From an uncultured Candidatus Saccharimonadales bacterium (lineage in GTDB: Bacteria; Patescibacteriota; Saccharimonadia; UBA4664), in NCBI GenBank assembly GCA_964467655.1, contig CAYXSN010000006.1:9601-73600 (forward strand): 64,000 nucleotides of DNA, given 5' to 3'. The position numbers and the translations under genes are program-made. This document shows positions 48,069 through 57,680 of this stretch, piece after piece (within the stretch, counting starts at the first letter, position 1; every line of letters starts with the position of its first letter). The notes beneath the pieces are model-generated. The model was given only the letters and a program-made list of their open reading frames with translations, searched no databases and was not told where the DNA came from.

Positions 48069-49166
48069 ATGAGTTTATCAATTGGTATTGTCGGCCTACC
48101 CAACGTTGGCAAATCAACCCTCTTTAATGCCCTCACCCGCAACCATGCCCTCGCTGCAAATTATCCTTTTGCAACTATTGAGCCCAATGTTGGTGTCGTG
48201 CCATTACCTGATGACCGGCTCCAGAAATTGGCTGAACTATCGACAAGTGCCAAAATTACTCCAGCTCTGGTAACGTTTGTCGACATTGCCGGCCTAGTCA
48301 AAGGAGCCAGTACCGGTGAAGGATTGGGCAATAAGTTCTTGAGCCACATCAGAGAGACCAACGCCATCGTGCAAGTAGTGAGGGCTTTCTCTTCAACTGA
48401 CGTCATCCATGTTGATGGCACCCCCAACCCGAGTAGAGACATTGAAACCATTAATACCGAGCTTATTATGGCCGACATCGCGACAGTTGACCAAAGACTG
48501 GCTCGATTAAGTCAGGAGGCTAAAAGGGGGTTATCACCTGCCCAGCAAGACATCCTCAATTCGCTGCAGGCTGCCCGTGACACCCTGGGACGCGGACAGC
48601 TGATCGCGGCCGCCGCCCAACAGCCAGGCTCAGGTGTTAAGCTCGACAATCTCACTGACCTACAATTGCTCACAGCCAAACCTTTTATTTTTGTGTTCAA
48701 CCTTGATGAAGCCGACTTGAGCAATAATGATGCTCGAAACCAGCTCATCGAATCTGTAAAGCCTTTTCCGGCTGTCTGCCTATGCGCCCAAGTGGAGAGT
48801 GAACTCATGGACTTGCCGACTGCTGAAGCCGCCGAACTACTGGCTTCTCTCGGGCAGAATCAAAGCGGACTCGACCAACTTGCCACCATCGGTTTCGATG
48901 TGCTTGGCCTGCAAACCTATCTCACCACAGGACCAACTGAATCACGCGCCTGGACTATCCCCCAAGGCGCCACAGCCCCAGAAGCCGCCGGTGTCATCCA
49001 TACCGATTTCGAAAAAGGCTTCATTAAAGCCGAGGTCATCAACTACCAGGATCTCATCGCTGCTGGCTCATACGCCGCCGCCAAAGCTGCTGGCAAAGTC
49101 AGACTCGAAGGTAAAGACTACATCATGACTGACGGCGATGTCGTTGAGTTCCGTTTCAACGTGTAA
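48069..49166 (+). CDS. ychF: Redox-regulated ATPase YchF
   Basis: GLPNVGKST, NYPFATIEPN, HTDFEKGFIKAE, FRFNV. Confidence 0.97.
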   Translation: MSLSIGIVGLPNVGKSTLFNALTRNHALAANYPFATIEPNVGVVPLPDDRLQKLAELSTSAKITPALVTFVDIAGLVKGASTGEGLGNKFLSHIRETNAIVQVVRAFSSTDVIHVDGTPNPSRDIETINTELIMADIATVDQRLARLSQEAKRGLSPAQQDILNSLQAARDTLGRGQLIAAAAQQPGSGVKLDNLTDLQLLTAKPFIFVFNLDEADLSNNDARNQLIESVKPFPAVCLCAQVESELMDLPTAEAAELLASLGQNQSGLDQLATIGFDVLGLQTYLTTGPTESRAWTIPQGATAPEAAGVIHTDFEKGFIKAEVINYQDLIAAGSYAAAKAAGKVRLEGKDYIMTDGDVVEFRFNV

Positions 49167-49867
49167 AATCGCTCGACATTGCCATGGGCGCCGGCTATTG
49201 CGGAATCAGCTCGGCCCAAAACCCGGAAACCATGCTCGTCAAACCAGGTTTCCAACTGACCCAAGATAGCATCACGTACCTCGCCTTGAGGTATCACTCC
49301 CCGATACCGATCAGCTAAAGCTTTACCAGCTTCAAACTGAGGTTTAGCCATAGCTACAATGAAGCCACCATCGTTAACTAATACAGCTACAGCCTCAAGA
49401 ATTTTGGTCAACGATATAAAAGATACATCGATGACCGCCATGTCTGTCATTTCTGGTAGCTCAGCATTTCTAATGTCGGTCTGCTCCAGACTAATCACCC
49501 GCTCATCTTGACGCAGTTTATAGGCCAACTGAGCAGTGCCAACATCAACGGCATACACCCTGGCTGCTCCGTGCTGAAGGGCATAATCAGTAAAACCACC
49601 CGTCGAAGACCCAACGTCAAGCACGATTTGGTCGGAAAAATCGATTTCTAGATCATGAGCGACACTCGCCAGCTTATCGCCTGCCCGACTGACGTAGCGC
49701 GACTGGGCCTTCACCTGCATTTCAATATCGTCCCGCAACTGAACACCGGGCTTATCAAGTATACGATCATCACCTGAGACTAAGCCGGCCATAATCATAG
49801 CTTGGGCTGCCCTACGACTCGACGCCAAACCCCTGTCTACCATTAACTGATCGAGCCGCCGCTTCAC
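49118..49867 (-). CDS. tlyA: TlyA rRNA 2'-O-methyltransferase
   Basis: S4 domain, YVSRAG.KL, DVGSSTGGFTD, DVSFISL, KPQFE. Confidence 0.95.
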   Translation of the reverse strand: MKRRLDQLMVDRGLASSRRAAQAMIMAGLVSGDDRILDKPGVQLRDDIEMQVKAQSRYVSRAGDKLASVAHDLEIDFSDQIVLDVGSSTGGFTDYALQHGAARVYAVDVGTAQLAYKLRQDERVISLEQTDIRNAELPEMTDMAVIDVSFISLTKILEAVAVLVNDGGFIVAMAKPQFEAGKALADRYRGVIPQGEVRDAILGQLETWFDEHGFRVLGRADSAIAGAHGNVERFYTLKRNSTTSPSVMM

Positions 49868-49872
49868 CTGGT

Positions 49873-50439
49873 TTACTTTGCGCGCTCCAAGTAGTCGCCA
49901 CTAAGAGTGTTAACCTTCACTCGATCACCTTCGTTGATAAACAACGGTACCATGACCTCGGCTCCTGTCTCAAGAGTTGCTGGTTTGAGCGCGGTCGTTG
50001 CGGTGTCACCTTTGGCGCCCGGCTCAGTCTGAGTAACAGCCAGATAAACAGCATTGGGCATTTCCATACCAATCACACTACCGACAAACCTCAACACCTG
50101 GATCGTAGCACCCTCAGCAACATATTTAGCTTGATCGCCTAAAACCTTGACCGGCACAGTGTCCTGATCATACGTCTCATTGTCCATGAGCACGAAGTTA
50201 TCGCCTTCACGGTACAAAAGCTGCATATTGCTTCTCACAACCTCGGCCGAATTAATTTTGTCAGCCGATCGAAACGACTTCTCAAGAATATTACCAGTCA
50301 AGAGATTTTTAATTTTAACCTGAACGACTGCTCCACCCCGGCCCATAGCCTTATGGGTGTAGTCAGTCACGCGATAAGGTACACCTTCGAGTTCAATGAG
50401 CGTACCAACTTTGAGGTCTGTGTGACCCAATACCGCCAT
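49873..50439 (-). CDS. efp: Elongation factor P
   Basis: PGAKGDT, KPATLETG, VPLFI. Confidence 0.95.
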   Translation of the reverse strand: MAVLGHTDLKVGTLIELEGVPYRVTDYTHKAMGRGGAVVQVKIKNLLTGNILEKSFRSADKINSAEVVRSNMQLLYREGDNFVLMDNETYDQDTVPVKVLGDQAKYVAEGATIQVLRFVGSVIGMEMPNAVYLAVTQTEPGAKGDTATTALKPATLETGAEVMVPLFINEGDRVKVNTLSGDYLERAK

Positions 50440-50456
50440 AATGAAACCTACCTCCC

Positions 50457-50675
50457 CTACCGAACCACAAATGGCAGCAATGCAATGTGGCGGGCCCGCT
50501 TGAGGGCTACAGCAACCCGGCGTTGGTGACGCAGACAGTTACCTGTACGCTTGCGGCCTTCGATTTTGCCGTACATCGAAACGTACCGCTGTAGCAATTT
50601 GACGTCTTTGTAGTCAACGGCCTCAAGCTTTTCAGCGCAAAACCGGCAGACTTTTTTGGAATAAAAATTAGCCAT
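50457..50675 (-). CDS. rpsR: 30S ribosomal protein S18 (Zn-binding type)
   Basis: [19 protein letters not shown]. Confidence 0.96.
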   Translation of the reverse strand: MANFYSKKVCRFCAEKLEAVDYKDVKLLQRYVSMYGKIEGRKRTGNCLRHQRRVAVALKRARHIALLPFVVR

Positions 50676-50686
50676 AGTATTCTCTC

Positions 50687-51151
50687 CTAGAATGGAATGT
50701 CATCTAAATTAATGGTCTGATCGCCATCAAGGTCCTGAATCACCACGTCGTCAGATTTCTTGGAACTTGTCTGGCCGCCACCGGCTGCCGCTCCGCCAGT
50801 AAAACCGCCACCAGCTGCACCAGGAGCATCAAGGAAGTTGACGTCAGTGGCGACAATTTCGGTTCGCGAACGCTTAACGCCATCTTTTTCCCAGCTTTGA
50901 GTTTGCAAACGACCCACTACCATCACTTTACGACCCTTCGCCAAATATTGGGCAGCCAATTCACCGAGTTTACCCCAGGCCACAATCTCATGATACTCAA
51001 CGGCTTCTTTTCTTTCACCGCTCGCATCCATCCACGTGCGATTGGTGGCAACCGCAAATGATGCCACTTGCTGACCACTAGGCGTAGTCCTAAGTTCAGG
51101 ATCACGGGTTAAGTTACCCATGACGATAGCTTGGTTAAAGCTCTTAGCCAT
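50687..51151 (-). CDS. ssb: Single-stranded DNA-binding protein
   Basis: [15 protein letters not shown] tail. Confidence 0.97.
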   Translation of the reverse strand: MAKSFNQAIVMGNLTRDPELRTTPSGQQVASFAVATNRTWMDASGERKEAVEYHEIVAWGKLGELAAQYLAKGRKVMVVGRLQTQSWEKDGVKRSRTEIVATDVNFLDAPGAAGGGFTGGAAAGGGQTSSKKSDDVVIQDLDGDQTINLDDIPF

Positions 51152-51546
51152 TATTGATCTCCCTCTTTATCGCCAGCCTCCTCGGCCGGTTTACTGACTT
51201 CCTTCTCGTTTTTTTCAACTGCTGGTTTATCAGTTTTTTTCTCACGAGCTGACTGAGCCTCATCTTCTTTGACTACCAGCAAGTGTCGTAAGACTTCCTC
51301 GGTGATGAGAATGGTATTCTCAAGCTCACGGACCTTGGTCGCCTCAAGCTCAACTTCGAAGTAAATATAAATGGCAAAATCCTGCCGCTTAATGCGATAA
51401 GCCAGCCGTTTTTTGCCCCAATTATCGCGCTTGGTGACTTTACCACCCGCAGCTGAAATTAATGATTCAACCTTAGCTATTGGCGCATCAACGTCAATCT
51501 CTAGGTCAGGGTGTAATAACACCACCAGTTCATATGCTTTACGCAT
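51151..51546 (-). CDS. rpsF: 30S ribosomal protein S6
   Basis: YE, WGKKRLAY.I, VLRHL. Confidence 0.95.
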   Translation of the reverse strand: MRKAYELVVLLHPDLEIDVDAPIAKVESLISAAGGKVTKRDNWGKKRLAYRIKRQDFAIYIYFEVELEATKVRELENTILITEEVLRHLLVVKEDEAQSAREKKTDKPAVEKNEKEVSKPAEEAGDKEGDQ

Positions 51547-51732
51547 ACATCACATCCTTTCTCTGGAAATTTACTTGTCTGGGCACTACTACCCGAGAGA
51601 GAGTAAATTGCGGCAATCATGCAACACGACTCCAACTGCCGCAAAAAGGTTAAATTTAAAAGTTAGCCAAATCATTGTAAAACATCAGCATAATTTAGTC
51701 AATCAGATAAAAAAGGAGTACACTATCATGAA

Positions 51733-52275
51733 ATGGTTACCACCTGGCGCAATCACCAGACTCTGCCCATCGTCAGCTTCCAGGATAGTGCAATAGCCGG
51801 CCGACTGGACGCTTGGGTTGTCGATCCTAGCAAACTCCAGTTATGTGCGTGGCTGTGCCAAATACCAGGTATGCGTTCGCGGCAATTACTGCTACCCACG
51901 GATGTTTTGCATCTCGATCAGCGTCATATCATCATTAACAGCCAATCAGATCTCGTCGATACTCAGGATGTATGGCGCCTGCAGAATCTCGTAAAGCTAC
52001 GCTACACGCCCATCGGTAAGGGAGTCTACACGGAAAGCGGTAAAAGACTTGGATTTGTGACTGACTTCAACTTTGACACTGAATCTTGGTACATTCATAA
52101 GCTACAAATAAAACCTGGTTTGTTTAGTAGCATCAGAACCGATAGTCCCTATATCGATCGTCGCCAGATCCTTGAAGTTACAGCTCATCGCATCATCGTA
52201 CAAGATACTAAGTCTCTATCAAGTCATCTGCTTGCACAATCTTTTGGACCAGGCGCCAATCAAAGCCCTTCCTGA
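51733..52275 (+). CDS. Tandem PRC-barrel protein
   Basis: IGKGVYTESGKRLGFVTDF. Confidence 0.7.
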   Translation: MVTTWRNHQTLPIVSFQDSAIAGRLDAWVVDPSKLQLCAWLCQIPGMRSRQLLLPTDVLHLDQRHIIINSQSDLVDTQDVWRLQNLVKLRYTPIGKGVYTESGKRLGFVTDFNFDTESWYIHKLQIKPGLFSSIRTDSPYIDRRQILEVTAHRIIVQDTKSLSSHLLAQSFGPGANQSPS

Positions 52276-52681
52276 CGAGCCAATTTTGCAGTTGCTTATC
52301 GTCCATATGGCTCGTGCGGCGTTTTTTGGCTACCAGCAGCTGTAGTGCCTCAAATTCGGCTGTATCAGGTCTGTCATCTAACACCTGGGCAATGGTCGAC
52401 TTTTCTAACCCTTTACCGCGCAATTCCTGCACTAGCTCACGCCGGCTCCGAGGTCGCAAGGCTTGACGATCAGCCACCCACCTCCGGCCAAATTCTAGAT
52501 CATCGACCAACCCACTCTCTTCTAGACGCTGGAGTACCATCTGCTGAGCGCTCTCAGGCCATTCGCGCCGAGTCATATACTCAAGCATTTCCCGACGGCT
52601 TCGAGCCCGGCGCAAGATGTAGTTGGCAGCATGCGCGAAATAGCGTTCTTGTTCCTTCGGACTCAGCGACGCATCAGACAA
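52208..52681 (-). CDS. recX: Regulatory protein RecX
   Basis: RARS..E, GLVDD..F, EL..KG, RKGF; follows recA. Confidence 0.88.
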   Translation of the reverse strand: MSDASLSPKEQERYFAHAANYILRRARSRREMLEYMTRREWPESAQQMVLQRLEESGLVDDLEFGRRWVADRQALRPRSRRELVQELRGKGLEKSTIAQVLDDRPDTAEFEALQLLVAKKRRTSHMDDKQLQNWLVRKGFDWRLVQKIVQADDLIET

Positions 52682-53731
52682 TTAAGCCTCGGCCGCTAAC
52701 TTACGGATTTGACCATCAAGTTGCTTGATGAGTTCGGGATGATCCTTAATATATTGCTTAGCAGCTTCACGGCCCTGACCAATTTTTTCATCCTGGTATG
52801 AGTACCAAGCCCCCGCCTTCTGAACTAAATTATATTTAACCGCCAAATCCAGTACATCACCAGCTACCGAAATACCTTCGTTGAACATGATGTCAAATTC
52901 GGCAATTCGGAAAGGTGGCGCTACCTTGTTTTTGACAACTTTTACTTTGACATGTTTGCCAATCGATTGATCGCCATCCTTAATCTGCTCAGTACCTCTG
53001 ATATCCATCCGCACAGAAGCATAATATTTAAGCGCTTGACCACCCGCTGTAGTCTCTGGATTGCCGAACATTACACCGATTTTCAATCTAAGCTGATTTA
53101 AGAACACGACAGTCGTTTTACTCTTGGAAATTACTCCCGTCAGCTTCCTGAGAGCTTGACTCATGAGTCGAGCCTGCAGCCCCACGTGGGCATCACCCAT
53201 CTCGCCTTCGATTTCAGCTCGTGGCACCAGCGCAGCCACAGAATCAACCACAATGATATCGACTGCCTGGCTACGCACCAGAGTCTCTGTAATCTCCAAG
53301 GCCTGTTCGCCAGTATCAGGCTGACTGATCAGGAGCGAATCAAGATCAATACCGATCCGGGCAGCGTACTCGGGGTCTAATGCATGCTCAGCGTCTACAA
53401 AGGCTGCTACGCCGCCACTCTTTTGAACTTCAGCCACTGCATGCAAAGCCAAGGTCGTTTTACCGCTCGACTCAGGTCCGTAAATTTCAATAATCCGGCC
53501 CTGGGGCAGACCGCCGCCCAAAGCCAAGTCCAAAGATAACGAACCGGTTGGGATAGTTGCCACATCGATCTTGTGAGCCTCACCTAGCTTCATAATAGAG
53601 CCGGATCCAAATTGCTTTTCGATTTGTGCAACTGCCAGATCAATGGCTTTGAGACGCTCAGCCTGCTCTGCCCCCGACCGCTTTGTTTCCTTAGCTGCTG
53701 TTTCTACTACCTTCTGTTCGTCGCTCTTCAT
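52682..53731 (-). CDS. recA: Recombinase RecA
   Basis: [26 protein letters not shown]. Confidence 0.98.
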   Translation of the reverse strand: MKSDEQKVVETAAKETKRSGAEQAERLKAIDLAVAQIEKQFGSGSIMKLGEAHKIDVATIPTGSLSLDLALGGGLPQGRIIEIYGPESSGKTTLALHAVAEVQKSGGVAAFVDAEHALDPEYAARIGIDLDSLLISQPDTGEQALEITETLVRSQAVDIIVVDSVAALVPRAEIEGEMGDAHVGLQARLMSQALRKLTGVISKSKTTVVFLNQLRLKIGVMFGNPETTAGGQALKYYASVRMDIRGTEQIKDGDQSIGKHVKVKVVKNKVAPPFRIAEFDIMFNEGISVAGDVLDLAVKYNLVQKAGAWYSYQDEKIGQGREAAKQYIKDHPELIKQLDGQIRKLAAEA

Positions 53732-53766
53732 GATTCATCCATACATTAAAACTTGATTGTCCTACT

Positions 53767-53795
53767 AGTGTAACCGCACAAAAACCAAACGTCAA
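53767..53795 (-). promoter_or_regulatory. recA promoter with putative SOS operator
   Basis: TTGACG-17 nt-TACACT, with GTTTGGTTTTTGTGCGG (53774-53790) over the spacer. Confidence 0.8.
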
Positions 53796-53812
53796 GCCTG
53801 CTCAGACCAAAG

Positions 53813-54311
53813 TCAACGCAGGTTCACAAAGTCGAGAGGGAAATCAAAATCTTTTGATCGTAAAGCCGCCATCACACTCTGTAAGTCGTCCTTACTTGAG
53901 CTCGTCACTCGCACCGTGTCACCTTGGATCTGGGTTTTAACCTTGGGCGCGACATCCCGAATCAATTTGGTGATCTGTTTAGCTTTATCCTGATCAAGAC
54001 CTTTCTTGAATGGCACACTCCAGCGCATATCTTTGCCACCCTGAACCGGTTCGTGACTCATATCCAAAACCTTCAGTGGCACGCTGCGCTTCACAAGTTT
54101 GCTTTGAACTACATCGATAATCGCATCAAGTTGGTTCTTACTATCACCAGTCAGATTGAGTCCTGATTTGCCATCAGCAAACTCCACTGCCGCACTCGTA
54201 CCCTTAAAATCGTAACGTTGAGCGATTTCCTTTTGAGCCTGATCAACGGCATTGAGCATCTCGGCAGCGTTATAATCACTCACGACATCGAACGAAAAGT
54301 CTTTAGCCATG
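53813..54311 (-). CDS. yajQ: YajQ family nucleotide-binding protein
   Basis: SFDVVS, RYDFKG, QIQGD.VRV; GGAG SD before MAKD. Confidence 0.92.
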
Positions 54312-54347
54312 ATTTGCTCCCCTATTACGTTGACTATTATACAAGGG

Positions 54348-55319
54348 TCAGAAGGCGCTGTCTTTACTAAACACCTGATTACGGCGAACCTCACCGGTCG
54401 CCCCGATTATACCCAAATCTTTGGCTGCCACTACCTTGTTCGTTATCTGAACGCTGGTCGCTCCAGCATTACCTGTCGTAATATTGACTGAATCCTTGCC
54501 GACAAACAACCTCGACCAGCCAGCAATCACAGTGCCGCGCCAGACCTCTTTACCATCTACCACCACTACCATAGAAGTAGTCTCTGACGCCTTGGCTACC
54601 ACAGCCACACCATCAAATATCACCGTTGGCACTTGCGCTTGAGTCAATTCAAGCTTAGGAACCGTAGCCAGAATATTGCGGGTCACTGTTGTCTCTTTGC
54701 CCAGCTTACTCCTGGCGAGGACGGTAATCTCGTTGATACCATCTTGTACTGCCACTTTTTCGGTGAAATTGCCGTCAGTATCCACAAGTACCGGCGAGCT
54801 ATCAATAAACACGTCAGAACCAGGAGTGGCTGCTCCCCTAATCTCCACGACGCTGCCCGTGATTGACTGGTCTTGCTCTGGGCTCATCACATCCAACCGG
54901 GGGGCACCAGCCAGAGCCGACATCTGCCATAGCAGGTAGCCAATCACCGATACTACAATCACCACCAACCCCAATACGGCTAAGATTTTGCCAGTAAATA
55001 CCAGTTTAGCGGGCCGATCCAGCTGTGGGCTGTGAGTCTCGCCCCTTTCAATGCCACCTCTTTCAGCGACATAATCAGTCGCCAGAGCTGCACCGTCTAG
55101 CCCCAAATGGTTGGCATAATTTTGAACAAACCCCCGCGAATATATATCGTTCGGCAATTTATCGTAATTACCAGCTTCCAGAGCCGTTAAATACTTGCCC
55201 CTGATTTTGGTGGCCACTTCCACCTGGGCCAAGCTCATACGCAAGGCCTGTCGTCGGGCTTTGAGCTGGGGTCCAACTTTCATCTGAACCACTGATTTCG
55301 GCTTGATATTCTCAACCAT
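54348..55319 (-). CDS. RodZ-like HTH membrane protein with Ig-like domain
   Basis: TKIR..YL.ALE.G, Y.RGFV..YA..LGL, TM helix, GNAG. Confidence 0.85.
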   Translation of the reverse strand: MVENIKPKSVVQMKVGPQLKARRQALRMSLAQVEVATKIRGKYLTALEAGNYDKLPNDIYSRGFVQNYANHLGLDGAALATDYVAERGGIERGETHSPQLDRPAKLVFTGKILAVLGLVVIVVSVIGYLLWQMSALAGAPRLDVMSPEQDQSITGSVVEIRGAATPGSDVFIDSSPVLVDTDGNFTEKVAVQDGINEITVLARSKLGKETTVTRNILATVPKLELTQAQVPTVIFDGVAVVAKASETTSMVVVVDGKEVWRGTVIAGWSRLFVGKDSVNITTGNAGATSVQITNKVVAAKDLGIIGATGEVRRNQVFSKDSAF

Positions 55320-55393
55320 AGATTTATCTTATACTAATCTTTAAGACAAAGAATTCTCCGGCTTGTCCATCACAAGAACCACAACAGAGCTAA

Positions 55394-57634
55394 TTAGTCA
55401 TCGTATGGTTCGGCCGGGCGCATCTCAGCCGCCACCATGCCGCTAGCAGCTCCCGTACCTCGAATTTGACTCAAGTCAGATATGAGTACGTCTCTCGGCC
55501 GAGCGCCATCAGCCGGACCGATGATCCCCCGTTCCTCCAGTAGATCGAGTAGCCGTGCTGCCCGCGCGTAGCCAATCCTCAGTCGCCGCTGAAGCATGCT
55601 GGCCGACGCCTTGCCGGCCCGAAAGACTGCCTCAGCCGCCTCATCAAACATATCGTCATCAGGCTCTCCCATCTCACCGCCGACGCCACCACCAACACTC
55701 TTGCCACCAATGGTTACTTTTTGAGCCAAAATCTCTTCATTGTAATGAGGTGGTCGGACAGTCCTCAAATAATCTGTCACGGCTTTGACCTCTTTCTCAT
55801 CCACCCAGGCACCTTGAATCCGACGCGGTTTCATGAAATCGGGGCTCATGAACAACATGTCGCCTTTGCCAAGCAATTTTTCGGCTCCCATCTGGTCAAG
55901 AATCGTCCGCGAATCCACTTGCGACGCCACACTAAACGCCAGCCGGGCCGGAATGTTGGCTTTGATGATACCAGTAATCACATCCACGCTCGGCCGCTGC
56001 GTGGCCAGCACGAGATGGATACCGATCGCTCGAGCCATCTGAGCCAGTCGCACAATCAGTGATTCCACGTCAGCCGCCGCCAACACCATGAGGTCGGCCA
56101 TTTCGTCGATAATGATCACAATATACGGCATCGCCTCATCGGCGTGAGCTTTGTTGTACTCAATGATATTGCGATTACCGACCTCTGCCAGCAACTTGTA
56201 TCGCCGTTCCATCTCAGCCACAGCCCATTTAAGCGCCGAGATCGTCTTCTCCGGCTCAACAATCACCGGCGTGAGCAGATGCGGTATATCGTTATACAAA
56301 CCTAGCTCAACCCGTTTAGGATCCACCAGAATAAGTTTGAGGTCATTTGGTGAGCTCCGGTACAAGAGACTAGCCAAAAGCGAATTGATCATACCGGATT
56401 TACCGGAACCGGTAGCACCAGCGATGAGCATATGAGGCATCTTGGCCAAATCCGCCGTCATCGGCGTACCGCTTACATCGCGACCCAAAGCAAACGTCAA
56501 AGGCGCCGTTTCTTTCTTCCATTCTGTGCTTTCAAGCACACCCCGCAAGCGCACAGTTGCAATCGATTTATTGGGAATTTCCACCCCCACAGCACTCTTG
56601 CCCGGAATCGGCGCCTCAATCCGAATAGGATGGGCGGCCAGGCTCAGCGCCAGATTGGTATCCAAACCAGTAATCTTATTGAGCTTAACCCCAGCTGGCG
56701 GTGTAAAAGTATATTGTGTCACAGTTGGGCCCACATTCACCTCGGCCATCGTGACATTGATGCCAAAGCTCTCCAATGTTTGTTGAATCGTCGAGGCATT
56801 TGCCTTCACATCGCCGGCATCAGCTTTCGAACCGACCGACGACAGCAGATCAAGTGCCGGCGGCGTCCAAGCCTCTTCTGAGTTTGCGGTCAATGCTTCA
56901 GGTTGGGCCGCCGGAGCCACTGGCGTCGGCGAAGGCAGTTTGCGTGGAGCCGAACCCAAGTTGAGTTCGCCGCGCATCGGCAGTGCCGTCGGCGCCGCTC
57001 CCGAATTATCGTTGACCTTCAATCCGGCCAAGGCGCCCGATTCTTGAGGAACCTCCGCTGGCTCATCAGCCGATTTCGATCGCGTGAATAATAAAGCTAG
57101 CGTCGCTGCCACATTCCGCAACGACGCATTTGTCGCCACAATCAGAAACACCAGTACCAAAGCAACCAAAATAACCGTGCCGGCCAACCCGTTCACTACA
57201 GTCAGCAGGCCTACGGCCAAATTATAGCCAATAATACCACCGCCTTCTCCAGCTTGGGCTTTCACCAAACCATGAGGCTCAACGAGGCCCAGGTGAAACA
57301 ACGTCGCCAAACTGAGCAAGAAACCAAAATGGCCAAAATAATTCCAACCACGCACGGTCCGCTCAGCTGGCAAAAACAGCATCCAAGCCAACATACCGCA
57401 CGTCAGCCATAACAAATAGGCCGCATAGCCAATAGCCAAACGAGCCCCGTCGAACAACCCCACCACAGCTGTACCACCGAGACCCATGGCCCCCAAACCA
57501 AACAAAATTCCCAGGGCCGCCAGGATCACACCACCTATCTGGCGCTTTGACTCGGGGGCCAGCTCAGGTTTGGCTTGCTTGCCACGGCGCCGCGGAGCCG
57601 ACTTCGGTTTTGCCTTTGCTTTGCGATTTGCCAT
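55394..57634 (-). CDS. ftsK: DNA translocase FtsK/SpoIIIE
   Basis: GATGSGKS, ATQRPS, gamma domain LQRRLRIGYARA. Confidence 0.97.
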   Translation of the reverse strand: MANRKAKAKPKSAPRRRGKQAKPELAPESKRQIGGVILAALGILFGLGAMGLGGTAVVGLFDGARLAIGYAAYLLWLTCGMLAWMLFLPAERTVRGWNYFGHFGFLLSLATLFHLGLVEPHGLVKAQAGEGGGIIGYNLAVGLLTVVNGLAGTVILVALVLVFLIVATNASLRNVAATLALLFTRSKSADEPAEVPQESGALAGLKVNDNSGAAPTALPMRGELNLGSAPRKLPSPTPVAPAAQPEALTANSEEAWTPPALDLLSSVGSKADAGDVKANASTIQQTLESFGINVTMAEVNVGPTVTQYTFTPPAGVKLNKITGLDTNLALSLAAHPIRIEAPIPGKSAVGVEIPNKSIATVRLRGVLESTEWKKETAPLTFALGRDVSGTPMTADLAKMPHMLIAGATGSGKSGMINSLLASLLYRSSPNDLKLILVDPKRVELGLYNDIPHLLTPVIVEPEKTISALKWAVAEMERRYKLLAEVGNRNIIEYNKAHADEAMPYIVIIIDEMADLMVLAAADVESLIVRLAQMARAIGIHLVLATQRPSVDVITGIIKANIPARLAFSVASQVDSRTILDQMGAEKLLGKGDMLFMSPDFMKPRRIQGAWVDEKEVKAVTDYLRTVRPPHYNEEILAQKVTIGGKSVGGGVGGEMGEPDDDMFDEAAEAVFRAGKASASMLQRRLRIGYARAARLLDLLEERGIIGPADGARPRDVLISDLSQIRGTGAASGMVAAEMRPAEPYDD

Positions 57635-57680
57635 ACGCGCCCATTATATCAGACCGTAAGCATAGTCGGCATACCTATAA

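Noticed and set aside
49118-52275. Convergent 3' overlaps (ychF/tlyA 49 nt; PRC-barrel/recX 68 nt)
   Set aside because: Typical of compact genomes; no sign of additional function
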